Shown here piece by piece: positions 1 to 14,360 of a stretch of DNA of 64,000 nucleotides. The DNA is taken from the NCBI RefSeq assembly GCF_009914755.1, contig NC_060947.1; one strand, written 5' to 3'. The translations under genes were made by a program, and so were the position numbers. Numbering within the stretch: the first letter of the stretch is position 1; each line of letters begins with the position of its first letter. The DNA is from the human T2T-CHM13v2.0 reference genome, Homo sapiens. The notes below the pieces were generated by a model, which saw only the letters and a list, made by a program, of their open reading frames with translations, made no database searches and was not told where the DNA came from.

Positions 1-539
1 ATATTTTGTTTCTATACATGTAAAAGCAAAACTTAAATACTTTTTCCATCCATTGAAGTATATCAAAGGCAGCTGAGGAAATAATAGAATTGGTCATCAT
101 GGGCACTGCAAAGATAAAGACTTCCGAAATGATGATACGTGACCAGTGATGCCTTTGATGAGAGAAGGAAAAAAAGGGGTTGTTATTATATCTGCTGTAT
201 CCCCCCTCTTCTCAGGATAGTCTAAATACAATAATGGTCTGAATATAATAATAATTCTTCATGTTCTTCCCCCTTTGGCTTAACATATGTTTATTGAGCA
301 CTTGTCATTTGGTAACAAGCACTTTTTTTCCAAGGTGTTGGTAAATCTGGCAATTCTTATGGAGTGTTGAAAGTTTCTGCTAAAGATGATTTTGAAAGGA
401 AGCAATGAAGTCTGAGTCACCTTGTGGTTCTTTGCAGATTGCAACCAAATGATTCCAACCTTCTGGGTTAGACTTTGCTTTATGTACTTGGCCTAGAGCC
501 TAGTTTTTAAACATTTGAGTTCTAAGTAAGTTTCATATC

Positions 540-1300
540 TTTGCCAGCACTTGTTCTTGTCAGAGTTCTGAATTTTTGACAATCTTCTTGGTGTTTGAAA
601 TGTTACCTCATTGTGCTTGTGCTTTTAGTTTTTATATCCCTTGATCAATAATGAGATTGAGTATCTTTCTGTATATTTTTTGAGCTATTTGCCTTTTTTT
701 TTTTTTTTTTTTGGTGAATGCCTGTTCCCCCCCTCCCCCCACCGTGGCATTATTTGTATATTTTTTGGATTGTAGTTCTTGATATATTTTGAATGCTAAT
801 CCTTGTCAGTTCAAGAGTTACAAATAATTTCTCCCAATTTGGTTATCTTTTTCATTCACTTAATGGTTGTACTGGTTGAATAGATGTTCTTAATTTCTCC
901 TTTTCATGTAGTTTGTATGTCTAAAAGATGAGTACATGAAAAAATTCACGATACCATTATCTACCTAAAAAACAATAATTCCTTAATATCATAAAATAGT
1001 TTTAAAACTTCCAGTTGTCTTAGATCATACATCTTCATTTTAGAAGTGAGTTTTAATCAGGATCCTGGTGCAGTCCATGTGTATGTCTTTTAAGTCTCTT
1101 TGAAACTAGCTTTCTTCTTTTTTACTTCCCTTGCAATTTATTTGTTGAAGAAACTGGATTGTTTGTTGCCTTGGTGTCTGTCAATAGTTTTGATACAGAA
1201 GGTTTTTTTTTTTTTTAATTTTACTAGAGCATATCTCAAGTGGTGGTGTGCTTTTCCTTGAGGAGGAATACCTAGTTGTCTCTCTTTTTATAATGTTAGC
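540..1300 (-). mobile_element. Old L1 (L1M-type) 3' fragments
   Basis: Degenerate antisense L1 motifs (atatctttgccagcacttg, tacctcattgtg, gagtatctttc, gctaatccttgtcag). Confidence 0.55.
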
Positions 1301-1466
1301 TAGAGGTTTTTAATTGTAATCTGATATTTTAGTCTTACATTTTTAGCAGTTGTCATATTCCTTTTGTTATTTTGTGTAGGCTGGAAGGAAATAAAAACAG
1401 GCATTCACATCATCTTTGAAGACGTACCATATTAATAATTCCATTGAACTAATCTTCTCTCATTAA

Positions 1467-1783
<317 letters not shown>

Positions 1784-1851
1784 TAATCGTTCTTCTGCTG
1801 TTTGACGTTAAGTTCGTTTCAGTTTATTTTCTAATAAACACTGATCAGCAA

Positions 1852-2008
1852 CTTAGTGCATTTGCTGCTGCTATAACAGAACACCACAGACTGGGTAATT
1901 TATAAAGAACAGAATTTTATTTGGCTTATGGTTCTGGAGGTTGGGAAGTACAAGAGGCATGGTGCCAGCTTAACCGTGAGTTTTGGGGGGGACATTCGAA
2001 CCATAGCA
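1852..2008. mobile_element. MaLR (MLT1/MST-like) solo LTR remnant, internally deleted
   Basis: cttagt...gctgctataacagaacaccacagactgggtaatttataaag...ggttctggagg...ttttggggggacattcgaaccatagca. Confidence 0.75.
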
Positions 2009-2395
2009 GTAACTTTACTCATAAAACTTTTCCCATATTGCTTAGCAGCATCCCTGGTCTCTACTCACTAAATGCCATTAGTACCCTGCCCTTCCCCAAG
2101 CATGATAACCATGTTGTATTACAATACCATTTTAGAGGTTTTAAAAAAATGTATTTTAGAGTTTTTAATTGGGTGTCTTCTAAATTGAAATAGTGTATCA
2201 TTTATTTTTCTTTTTTGGAATTTAACTCTACCCTATAAAAAAAATACCAGGCTAACTATATTTTCAGATCTCACTTGAATCATTCTGTGCTTAGCTACGT
2301 TGCTTTTGATGAATTTGAATATAGTTAACCTGGTGACAATTTATGAAGTGGTGACTAAATATGTGTTGTTTTCATGTCACTTAATTTTTTTCTAG

Positions 2396-2602
2396 GCCAG
2401 TTGGACAAATGCGAGTAAAAAGCAACGTGAAAAGCTACTTGAGCTGATACGTCGTCTTGCAGAAGATGATAAAGATGGTGTGATGGCACACAAAGTGTTG
2501 AACCTTCTGTGGAATCTGGCTCACAGTGATGATGTGCCTGTAGATATCATGGACCTGGCTCTCAGTGCCCACATAAAAATACTAGATTACAGTTGCTCCC
2601 AG
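2396..2602 (+). CDS. USP9X: USP9X coding exon ~12 (207 nt, phase 0-0): [69 protein letters not shown]
   Basis: tttttctag|GCC acceptor, CAG|gtaaga donor, open frame. Confidence 0.96.
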
Positions 2603-3710
2603 GTAAGAGTGTACTGCTTTGCTCACTTTTTGTGACTTTTCCCCTTCAGTTAGGTTGGCTTAGTTACAGGATAGTTCTGTTACTCTGACATTGTTAGTTT
2701 TTAAATGATCTTCCGGAGTTGACTTTTTTTGTTCATTAGTCTGCTTTCCTTAGGATCTGTACATCAAGGTTTTGTGACTCATCTGAAAAGCATTTTAGTC
2801 TCCTTGGGAGAAAGTATAAACAGAACAGATTATACAGTGGTGGCATTATCAAGTGTATGGTTCTGAAATGCCGTTTCGAATAGAATTCGAATGTTAAAGC
2901 TGATAGGGACTTCAGAGGGAAGAGAAATTAGGTTTTCTTTGCTCATAGGGAAGTTAAGAAAAATTAATAGAATTTCCTAACCATTAAAACATTTAGTGCC
3001 TCCACAGTGAGCAAATCACACAGTTTCCCTACATTCTAATTTGTGGCATGTGTATTTTTTAACACATGGTAAAGTGAACATTGCTGAGTAATTTCTCACA
3101 TGTTAATAAAACTATTTGTTACACTGATGAACTGGTATTTAGGTAAGAGCCAAGAAAAGCTCAGGAAGGTGTATTAATGTAGATACTACTCAGGTTTTGA
3201 CTATGTTTACTTGTGACAGTTCGGTAAGTATTTATTCAGCAAATTAAATAGTAATAAGGGCCTTGAGTATAAATTATTTCATTAAACCAAGGGTCCTTCT
3301 GAGGAGTCTTGAAATCAGAGCAGTACATTTGCTATCAGGGCTTTTAACTAGTAACTTCTTTTTTAAATATCTATTAGTATCAGTGCCTGGCATAGTGATG
3401 TACACATTCATTCATGAATAGTTACTGAGTTTCACTGAATTTAGTAGACTGTTGCCTTTTTTCAACTTCAACTTTCATTTATTGTTTGGGAAAAAATTTT
3501 TAAAAGTCATTTTCCAACTGTCACCTTTTCCCTTCTGCTTGCCAAAACTGTTGTCAAAGTGTACATTTGATCATAAATGTTTTCATGGCCTTAAAAATGT
3601 ACACACTATTAAACCCAACAATTCTACTTAGAGAAATTTCTTCTCGGAAATAGTGAAAAAGGATACAAAGAGGTACCCACAAGGACATTCATTAGTGTTT
3701 ATGGACATGA

Positions 3711-4033
<323 letters not shown>

Positions 4034-4947
4034 TGAATAATTACTAATAGTTTATACAAGGTTCGATTATGGCGCCATTAAAAGGATTAATATCACTTAA
4101 GAGTATGATTCTAATTTTGCTGCCGAAAAAGGAATATCTGTGTATTACAAAATAACCCCAAACTTGAGGGGTTTCAGGAAAAAAAAAAAACAAAAAACTC
4201 CACAAAATTGTTTTCCTTTCCCTGTACGCAAAAGTAAAACAATCCGAGCTTACGAAATTGTTAGGCACACAAACTTGCAGTTCTGATTACTATTGACTTT
4301 AGGGGAAGAGGTGAAGTAACTGAGGTTTGAGAAGTAAAATACCATAATTGAAATAATTTTGAGTTTATAACATTTTTAATTTTTAAGTTTATATCTGCCT
4401 CTGTCCTTTTTCTCTCCTTGTACGTGTGTTTCTTTATTTTGATTTTGGTGATTATTTTTAAATGTAGTTGTCATTCTATTTATTTTCTTAGTCAAATATA
4501 CATTTTTTGTGTTCTTCACTGTACTAAAAGATGGCCCATTTAGAGTAAGTCAGGGTCTTGTTATATATTAATTCTGGATTTTATGATACGGTAGAATCTC
4601 TTAAAATACTGGCTAAATACCTACCCTCTGGCAAACTTGGAAAATGAAACTTTCTGTCAGTGTGCCTAATACTTAGGATCTGTAGTGTGTACAGATATAT
4701 TTCAGTCCATATAATACAAAGCTTTTATAACAGTGCTGGGCTTTTTGGAGTTCTGGTAGTAAGTGTGAAATAAAAACAAACTTAAAGCTTTTATTATTTA
4801 AATTAAACTCTTTACTGTAATTACAACATGATGCTTGTATTGCTAATCTTAAAAGAAAAGCTTTTATTTTATAATTCTCAAAATAATTTGAAAATAAAAT
4901 TCTCCTGAGTATTGATCTATTTAAAACATTGAAATCATTTGTTTAAG

Positions 4948-5084
4948 GACCGTGATACACAAAAGATCCAATGGATAGATCGCTTTATAGAAGAACTTCG
5001 CACAAATGACAAATGGGTTATTCCCGCACTGAAACAAATTAGAGAAATTTGTAGTTTGTTTGGTGAAGCGCCTCAAAATTTGAG
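4948..5084 (+). CDS. USP9X: USP9X exon ~13 (137 nt): [45 protein letters not shown](S)
   Basis: tttaag|GAC acceptor, GAG|gtaaga donor, frame continuous with neighbours. Confidence 0.95.
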
Positions 5085-5552
5085 GTAAGACTTTTTAACA
5101 TAGAAAATTTCAATACTTAAAATTTATGTACTTTATTGAAAAGAAACAGCATATTGGCTGGCAAATGCAAATTTTTAAATTAGTGGAGTGAGAAGAGGCT
5201 ATATAAGAAGTGTTTGGAACAAAAGAATTCTTTATTACATCTACCTCCTTTTTTTTATTAATGAGGAAGTAAGCCACAGTTAAGTGATAAATCAGAATCA
5301 AGGTAATATTGCCTTTGGGTTCTTGGTTCAGAATTATTATTATATACATACTATATTTCCAGCAAGTATGCCAAGAAGTTTCATAGCATGTCTTTAAAGA
5401 TGGATTAGACCACAAGAACATTTAAATTGATGAAACATGACAAGATAAAGTTTCATAATTTTTAAACATTTATTTTAGCTAAATTTCTTTTTAATAGCTG
5501 TCTTTATACTATCTTAGGTGTCATATTCTGGTTACTGAAATAATTTGTCCTA

Positions 5553-6032
<480 letters not shown>

Positions 6033-6973
6033 CATGTTTTCTTTATATGTAAGATTAAATGATTGCCAGGATCCTTTACAGCTCTAGATTACTATGATTA
6101 TACCTCAGACAGAAATAGAAAAGGTCATGTATATGTCTTTATTTAAACAGTTGAACTTTGTCTCACTTTTTTCCCTAAGGCTAGAAAAAATTAGCAAATT
6201 GGAAAAGCTATAGAGATAAACACTGTAAGAAATTGAGACATATATCTCGTTAACAATAATATTTGAGGAGCATATTTTGAGTATGTTTGGCTCATCGTAC
6301 ATATTTCGGCCTTTCTCAAATGAATGCATTTATCTTTCGAAGTAGACACAGTAGTTCACATACTCTCCCAAGAACAGTGGCCTTGTCTCCCCTAAAATAG
6401 TAGTAGTGGATGTGAAAGTTGATTGGTTTCAGTGAAGGTAGCAAAACAGATTAGGGTTTCAATGAAGATAGCAAAACAGATGAGTCTTTGTGGTGACACC
6501 TGTGGGCAAACTTGGCTACAAACAGAGTGTCCCAGGATGTTTTCTTAAATAGCTAATAAGAAGAAAATGCTAAGAGCATTTTCTTTGATTGAATTCTTCC
6601 TTACAACTGTAGCATAATCTTTGTGATGCTAGTCTTGCAAAAAATGTTTCTATTTTATAATTTTGGGAATAATTACATAACATAAGTGCTTTGGTACAGT
6701 TATAGTATAGACATTAGTCATTGAGGTATACTCCCATTTGGTGAAGTTGGAGAATAGTGATGGATGCTTTTTGTGTAAAATAATAATGTAATAAATGTCT
6801 TATCTTTTGAAGAGTTTAAGTTGGTTGTGATATTTTCATTAAAAGAAGTAAATGTACAAAAGTATAATTTTTAAGTTTTTACATCAGTAGCTAAGAATTT
6901 AGATAGTACGAACTCTTCTGGTTACAACAGAGTTTAATTGCCTAATTATATTGTTAAGTTCTTCTCGTTTCAG

Positions 6974-7107
6974 TCAAACTCAGCGAAGTCCCCATGTGTT
7001 TTATCGCCATGACTTAATCAATCAACTTCAACACAATCATGCCCTAGTTACTTTGGTAGCAGAAAACCTTGCAACTTACATGGAAAGCATGAGACTATAT
7101 GCTAGAG
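6974..7107 (+). CDS. USP9X: USP9X exon ~14 (134 nt; alternative in-frame acceptor at 6959): [44 protein letters not shown]
   Basis: tttcag|TCA acceptor, GAG|gtatgt donor. Confidence 0.95.
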
Positions 7108-10059
7108 GTATGTATTGTAAGCTAAAATAAACTATGGGAAATAGCAGGGACCTTTTTTTGCATTAATTACCTTAGAAATGTAAATCATGTTCCTTTATGG
7201 ATTTAAGATCCACTATTACTCCCAACTCTTAGACATCCTAAACTCTAGGCCAGCAGTTTGAGTCTTCACTAAGTGCTTGCCTTCCCCCATTCTCTTTGTT
7301 AAATAGATTTTTGTTCTCTGCTTTGGGAGCTCTGCCTGCCTTTTTTACGATTGATCGCTACCTTCTTAGGAATGTACTTGGCTCATTTTCAACCTTTATG
7401 TCCTTTACCACCACCTTTAGCTTTTTAAAAGGAAACTTGTTTTGTCTAAGTCTGTTCTTACTTTATAGTTCTTTTATAATGCCAAGCCTATGTTTTGTAA
7501 GTGCTTCAAGACTCCATGAATTTAAAAAACATAAGAGTAGAGATGAGAGGCTGGCTGTAAGAATCTAGATGTTTACATTGGCATTCAAAGTGTGAAATTG
7601 TTTGAACATGTTTAGGATAAAGTTTCCTGTGATTTCAACAGATCCTGATTGTAAGTCTTAGCCTGCCATGTGTGGAGCCCTGTGTCAGTGCTCTTTTGCC
7701 CTTTGACAGTTATGTCAGTCTGTGTGTGCAAGAGTAGGGATGGCTTCTCAGTATATACTGTTCCTCTTCTGTCTTATGACAAATTCATACCCCTTTCCCC
7801 ACTGATACTTTGTTGTTTCAAGTTTGTTTCCCGAGCAGTATGTAAGAAAATACTGTATTACGAATGTTAGTTATAGAGTTAAACATACTGATTACTCAAC
7901 TTACCATTCATTTAACATGTTATGTAGGATCTGCAGAAGCCCATAGTGTATGTTAAAAATGAGAATATTTATAATACTCATTATTTGAGGAGTAGGCTTT
8001 TGACATTATTGAATAAAATCCCCTCGTGCTTAAGAATTACCAGATTTTTGCTTAATACTTATGTACATTTCCCAATGAAATTCAGATAAACATAAAAATT
8101 AAGTAACTCTTCTGATACTCCCAGTGATAGTGTTGACTCTTTATTCTTCCATTTATCCCCTCGGGGCCAATAGATTGTTAGAGCTAGACAAGCAATCTAA
8201 ATGTTAGGCAGCTGATGAGCAACAGACAGTGATCTTAGCATTTTAGTCTTAGGTTCCTTCTAAGCAGTGTAATAGAATGATCAAGGCAATACAACCATGT
8301 GATTTATGTTCTATACCAAAGGTACTCAAAATCAGTGACATAAAAAAGAGGTTTATGTGTAGTATACCCAAGCATTTGGGTTTAGTATATTATGATTATA
8401 ATCTCTTCCTGGTGGTACACAGCCCTCATGGTTGCCAAGGAGGGCCTTCCCCCAGAGTGGAGACATATAATTCATATGTGCTTTAATGCTAATTTTTATT
8501 TACTTCATTTGCATGTGGTGTTTAATTTCATTGTCAGAGGTCAGGAACCCGGCTGTCTCACTAGGGTTTTTTCTGCTACATTTTAGTACAATTCTACTTG
8601 AGTTACCGCCTCATCTCAACTTCGTTATCACAGGAATGATTACATTCTTCAGTTTTTCCTCCTTATGTTGTCTGTATATCTGCAAACTGAGAGATGTGAG
8701 TCTGCATAGTTGCCTAGGTCTGAAACATGACCCAAACATATTAGCTGTATGACTGTGGGCAGGTTATTTATGCTAGAATAATGTCTGGCACATAGTAAAT
8801 TCCCCTCTGAATTTTAACATCATACCTTTTTTTCCTCCTAACCTTGGTACCTTTTCTTCTTCCAATTTATTACACTACTCTTGATTAATACTGATGAGTC
8901 TGGAGATAGTTAAATATGGGGGTGGGGGCAAATAATTTTTAAAACCAGTAAAATTCTTCTATTAAACTTTTTACAACGTTAAATCACTTCTGTGGTAACA
9001 TCCACTAACATTTCTAAATTTGCAATTCTAAAGTTAATTATGGTTTTTGCCTCTATAATAAAAGTGATAGACAAATCCCATTAGCTATGAGGCATTAGGT
9101 TACTTGGCATGATAACATCAGGCTTTCACAGTTTACTGATATTCTCAATTTCTGATAACCATTTTACCAATGGTTTGTGCTGCCTGTATTTTATCTTCAC
9201 TAGCATCTTTAGCTTTTGGGGGAAAAACATTTCCTCAGTAAGCATGATCAGCTGATTTTACCTCCTATAAACATTATTTAGATAAAAGAATGAACTTAGT
9301 AAAATTCTCTACAGTATTTACTCATGTTCTCACTACAAGTGTTTTCATACACTGGTACTTAAATTATTCTTTAAAAGTTTTTCATATGCATACAATGAAG
9401 TATAAACCACCTTTTAGTTTTCACTCAAGTTTTAACTCATTGGTAGAATAGTCATTCTACTGACTTCAATACTTACCGAAAGTTTAATTTACCATTTTTT
9501 CTTGTTTCTGGATAGAGTTGGATGACCCAACTTCACTGTAGGTCAGATTTTTCCACTCTGTTTACTTAGGATGCTACCTTCTGTTACTTCTTCCCGGTCT
9601 TTTCCATCCAACAGTAACAGTTTTTAGGAACGTTTTCCACACAAAAAGATTGCTTTATGAGTGTCATTCACCAACAGTGCTATGTTAGGGTGCAGATCCT
9701 GTGCTAGATTTTCTCAGGACTCATTCCTTACATCAACTATGAAGTACTATTAAGTCTGTGTGACTTCTCTGTGGTTTAAAAATAATTACATACTATCCAT
9801 TTTGTGAACAATTTGTACCTTCTTGGAGAAACGGCTGTTTCCAGGCGTGGAACAGGGAAAGTACCACATGATCCTTGACCATCCTATTCCAGAAAGTAAG
9901 AAAGTGCTCAACGATCATGTTGACATGTCAAAAGGACACAGGAGTTGGCTTTCACTGGCCATAATTAGGTCAAAATTAGTAATGAAAATAAAATATGAAA
10001 ATACTCATGTAGACAAAAATGCCAACTAACAAATGAAGAGTATATGATGAAAATAAACC

Positions 10060-13000
10060 CAAGGGGGTGAGGATTTTCACGTCTGGAATGGCAGAATAAA
10101 ATGTTCAGCAGACCTTAACAAAACAACCATTTAACCGGAGAAAAATATAAACAATAGTCATTTAGAGTACCTGAAAATTGTCCTAAGAGGGAGTATAGCA
10201 AATGGGAAAACACTCAAGAAAATCTATTAAATCTGCAAAACAGCAAGAGTCTGTAGCATTTGAGCCACAGCTTGTTCTGTTCTCCCATGTTCAGATCCAG
10301 CTTTCTTGTGTGGAAACTCTACTCCAGGCAGGTGTGACTAAGAAGCAGGGGCTCCTTCCCTGAGGCTGCCAGTCTAGGGCTGTAGTTTGACCACATGAGG
10401 TGGTGTGGGCTACTGGCATTTCTGATCCTTTTCAGTCGTATGTGGCAGAAGCTCTGTTCCAGGCAGTCATGTCCAAGAAAACTGAGACTCCCTTACCCCA
10501 TTCAGTGCCTGCTTGTAGGATAAATGCTTTACTTAAGGCATGGCAGGCTGAGAATATTGGGCTCTGATTATCCCCAACCTGGCTTGCTCACAGGGTGGAC
10601 ATTATATGTCAGGGAGTGCAATCTGAGAAAATCAGAGTTTGATCCCACACACCCAACACCAGCACCTGCTCTTAAGGCAGGGATATAATTTTGGGAGAAG
10701 TTAGCTGCTGTCCTCCCTCTATCTCCTGAACAGTAACATAGATGTTCTGTCCAGATGGAGAGAGAAGGTGTGAGGATGCTGTGCTCAGCAGTTGTGCTTG
10801 AAGGGACCAACTTTCTTTGGACCAGACCGTGCTGTGCCTAAGGGTATTATCACAAATGGAGATTTGGGTGATGAAGAATTAGGAGAGTGCTTGTGGCTCC
10901 CTTATACTGGTATCAGCAAGTCACAGGATGAGCAACCAGAAATTTAACAGAAAGATCTAGATAAAGAGATGGCCAAGACAAGCTCTCTTGTGATCACAGT
11001 CAACCCTGGGGGTCAGGAATGCTACGTGTATGCATTAGGCTTCACCTAAGCAGAAACAATCAGAACTGGACACGGGACAAATTGAAAACATTCCCCAAGC
11101 TTCATGTCAATCCGTCAGCAAAGGGTGAAAGCCTCACCAGTACAGTGGACTTAAATACAGCTCTGACCAAACAAAGCATTGGGTGAATAATAAGCTACCC
11201 CGACTCAGGGGCAACTCTTAGGAAGCCAGACATGAAAATTACATGTATCCCTGGCAGTCTGGAAGACTTGCTGCATCCTTGCTGGAGTGATTGAGAAGGG
11301 AACAAGCAAGCTGCTAGTCTCCGAATGAGCATAGGACAAAAACATAAACTTTCTGAGTGGTGTGATAGCAGCCTCCAAGCCACACAGACATGCAGTGGTA
11401 AAGGGTAAAAATCTACTAGTCAAGGAGGCTTAAACACAGCGTTTGGCCAATAAGGGGCTTATACTGATGCAGGGGCAACTCCTAGGTAGGCAGGCTAAAG
11501 GATTAAAAGAAGGAGGAAAACATGGGGGCAGAGCTGTCGGAAGCTGTGCACTGTGAGGGAAATAGACTATGAAGTCTATTTCCCAGTCACTATATCCCAT
11601 AGCCATAGCCCTTATTTCCCATAGTCATATTTCTGTTTCCCATAGTCATAGCCCAGTCACTAAACAAGCAAGCAAACGGGTGGGGGAAGGGAGATCAGTA
11701 TTCAGGTTGTTGTTGCATATCTAACATGTCCAGATTTTGATGACAAAAATTGAGGCATGCAAACAAATGGGAAGATGGGACCTGTAGACTGACGCAGAGA
11801 CTGCCTTTGAAGGAGGCCAAATGGAGGGCTTTGCAGACAGACTTGACAGCAAAGACTTGAATTACAAATATGCTCATAGAACTGAAGAAAACCATGTCTA
11901 AAGAATTTTTAAAGTATGATGACAATGTCTAATCTAAATTAGAGGATAGTAAAGAGAAATTATTTTTTATTTAAAAAATCATGTAGAGATTTTGTACTTG
12001 AAAAGTATAATAACCAAAATGAAATATTCATAAGAGGGGCTAAACAATAGATTTGAGCTGGCAGAAGAATGAATCAGTGAACCTGAAGATAGATTAGTAG
12101 AAATTATGCAATCTGAAGAACACAGGAAAAGTGAACAGAATCTCAGGGAAATATTGGGTACCATGAAGGGGACCAACATTAATTTTAATGGGAATACCAG
12201 ATGAATGAGAGTGACAGAAAGAGACATAGTCACTGAAAACGTCTCTAATTTGATGGCAGACAAGAAGCTTAAAAAAGAATTGCAAATAGGGTAAATGCAA
12301 AGAGCCCCAGACTGAGACACATTATAGTCAGAGAGAACAATTGGAAGGTGGTGAGAGAAAAACGAGTCTTCCTGCACAAGGAAACCCCAATAAAAATTAA
12401 CCGCTGACTTCTCATCAGAAACATTGAGGCCAGAAGGCAGTAGGACAACATATTCAAAGTGCTGGGGTTGGGGGACAGACATGACAACCAAGAATTTTAC
12501 ATTCAGCAGCACAGTCTTTAAAATCTGAAGGCAAGCTGAAGATATTCCCAGATAAACAAAGACTGAGAGAATTTGTTGCTCTAAGACTTGGCTTACAAGA
12601 CACCCTAAAGGAAGTAATTAGGCCCAAAACAAGTGACATCAGACAGAGTGTTCCGAATTTGCAGGAAAAAAATACTTGAATACTATAAACCAGCAGTCCC
12701 CAACCTTTTTGGCACTAGGGACTGGTTTTGTGGAAGACAGTTTTTCCACGGACTGGGGGGTGGGGGGCTCACCTCCTGCTGTGCAGCCCCGTTTCTAACA
12801 GGCCACAGACCTGACAGACATCTGTGGAATACTCCATCCAACAATAGTGAAACTACTAAAAGCACATATCATCTTAATAGATGCAGAAAAAGCATTTGTC
12901 CAATCCAGCCTCTTTTCAATATAGAAAGGCTCAAACTAGGAATAGAAGGGAACTTCCTCTACCTGATCAAGACTGTCCCAAAAAACCCACAGCTAACCTC

Positions 13001-13545
13001 ATACTAATTAATGGTAAAAAACTGGTTGCTTTCCCCCTAGGAACAAGAATGAGACAAAGATGTCCACTCCAACCACTTCTATTTAACATTCTGCTTGAGG
13101 CATTAGCCAGGATAACTAGGCAAGAAAAAGAAGTAGACAACCCAATTAAGAAATGGATGCAAAGGATCTGAATAGAAATTTCTGCAAAGAAGGCATACAA
13201 ATGGCCAATGAGCACTTGAAAAGATGCTTAGTATTATTAGTTATTAGGGGAATGAAAATCAGAACCACAGTGAGATAATGCTACTTCATACCTACTAGGG
13301 TGACAAAAAAGACAACAGTAAATGTTGATGAGGCTATGGAGAAATTGGAGCATTCATATAGTCCTTGTGGGATTGTAGAGTGGCACCCACCTTGCAAAAT
13401 ATTAATCGTAGAATTTACCATATTACCCATTCCCAGTTACATACCCAAGTAAAATGTATACATAAATCTGTACAACATGAATGAACTTTGAAAACATTAT
13501 GCTAAGTGGGAAAAAGTCTGTCAGAAAAATACCACATATTGCATG
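10060..13545 (+). mobile_element. Composite old sense-strand L1: 5'UTR/ORF1 remnant, ORF2 RT fragment joined to ORF2 3' part and 3'UTR
   Basis: ORF1-like (gaatcagtgaacctgaagatag; ctgacttctcatcagaaac; gacaacatattcaaagtgctg); ORF track 12881-13171 gives ORF2-like [18 protein letters not shown] fused to NPIKKW. Confidence 0.8.
12691..12811. mobile_element. MER1-type (hAT-Charlie) fragment nested in L1
   Basis: cagcagtccccaacctttttggcactagggactggttttgtggaagac...ctcacctcctgctgtgcagcc...ctaacaggccacagacc. Confidence 0.8.
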
Positions 13546-13547
13546 AT

Positions 13548-13848
<301 letters not shown>

Positions 13849-14334
13849 TGATTCCATTTTTATATGAAATGCCTCAGACTTAAGCAGGGAGAACAAAGGG
13901 AGAGGGTGGTTTGTACAGGGTTTCTTCTTGGGGTGAGGAAAAATGTAGACTTAGATTGTGATGATGATTATACAACTGTACTAAAAAAATTGAATTGTAT
14001 TTAAATGGATAGATTTTATGGTACTTTATGACTCGATGTTTTTTTTTTAAATGAACTTTTAAAATAAGTTCTAAAATGGGCCCTAGAAAACTTGCTGTTT
14101 ATGATGACAAGAACCAATTTATGTTAGTCTCAGCCATGATTCACTACCTCTTCCTACCTATTTTCATAGACATCTGAGTAATTTAGTCTCATCTAATTCT
14201 TCCTGCTGTTTTCAGCGGGATATTTGCCACCTAGACAATATGAGTCAAAAGTGGATTATCCTCCTCATTTGACTGCTAGCTAACAAGTCCAGGTATTTGT
14301 TTTGAACTGAATATTTACTACTAAACTACCAATT

Positions 14335-14360
14335 TATATATATACATATATATATATATA
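14335..14360. repeat. (TA)n microsatellite
   Basis: tatatatatacatatatatatatata. Confidence 0.9.

Noticed and set aside
11979-12512. Longest ORF in the track (177 aa, minus strand)
   Set aside because: Antisense reading of an A-rich L1 ORF1 remnant with low-complexity F/L/S composition.
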